Positions 63,888 to 64,000 of a stretch of 64,000 bases of DNA are shown here, piece by piece. The notes under the pieces were generated by a model. It had not been told where the DNA came from. It worked only from the letters and a program-made list of their open reading frames with translations, and made no database searches. Where the stretch lies: the IMG/VR virus record IMGVR_UViG_3300042541_003180, positions 21,312-85,311 of that record; one strand, given 5' to 3'. The DNA comes from a virus. How positions within the stretch are numbered: the stretch's first letter is position 1; the number at the start of each line of letters is the position of its first letter. The position numbers and the translations under genes are program-made.

Positions 63888-64000
63888 TGAAACTTTTAAC
63901 AATATTAACACCATTACTATTTATAATAAATATTTTGTACTTTATTGTAAATAAAGATAGATTACAAAAAAAATCTTTTGAAAAAAATATAGAAAGTGTT
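63884..64000 (+). CDS. Membrane protein, 3'-truncated
   Basis: MMKLLTILTPLLFIINILYFIV..., ATGA overlap with the upstream stop. Confidence 0.55.
   Translation, partial: MMKLLTILTPLLFIINILYFIVNKDRLQKKSFEKNIESV

Noticed and set aside
1-64000. Stop-codon reassignment as in some jumbo phages
   Set aside because: Conserved genes are full length in code 11, and TAG/TGA end genes at expected positions (e.g. gp52, thyA).
1-64000. CRISPR arrays, tRNAs, rRNA, DGR
   Set aside because: No spaced direct-repeat array, cloverleaf or reverse transcriptase seen by eye; intergenic gaps are short and explained by promoters and terminators.

Overview
This is a 64 kb, very AT-rich, densely coding segment of a T4-superfamily-like jumbo myophage in the standard genetic code. 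The host is very likely in Bacteroidota: the NusA is Bacteroidota-type, TAnnTTTG -7 promoters are present, signal peptides have Gln at +1, and Shine-Dalgarno sites are absent. Core genes are scattered rather than operonic: terminase large and small (divergent), tail sheath, tail tube, gp26/gp51/gp25/gp15-like genes, a tape-measure-like gene, topoisomerase gp52, gp47, clamp loader gp44, ThyA and a minimal gp55-like late sigma. Host-like genes include nusA and clpS. Main observations: (1) About 19 otherwise unrelated ORFs share an N-terminal M[KR]x[LI]Kx[FY]ExF peptide, often followed by [IL]xE sites. This resembles the T4 internal-protein capsid-targeting sequence and suggests a large capsid-packaged, injected effector set (SET methyltransferase, ART-like, ParB-like, isochorismatase-like, LysM polyprotein, membrane proteins). 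(2) Three stand-alone fragments or relics of the gp23 major capsid protein are present, possibly immune decoys. (3) Three promoter classes can be read from the DNA: host TAnnTTTG, AAC-N16/17-ATATA, and late TAATATATA, the last often 4-5 nt from the start codon, implying leaderless mRNA. (4) Short helical modules recur across unrelated proteins (DUF6576-like, RxxK[IL]xxL). All homology calls come from motif recognition by eye; no database search was run.
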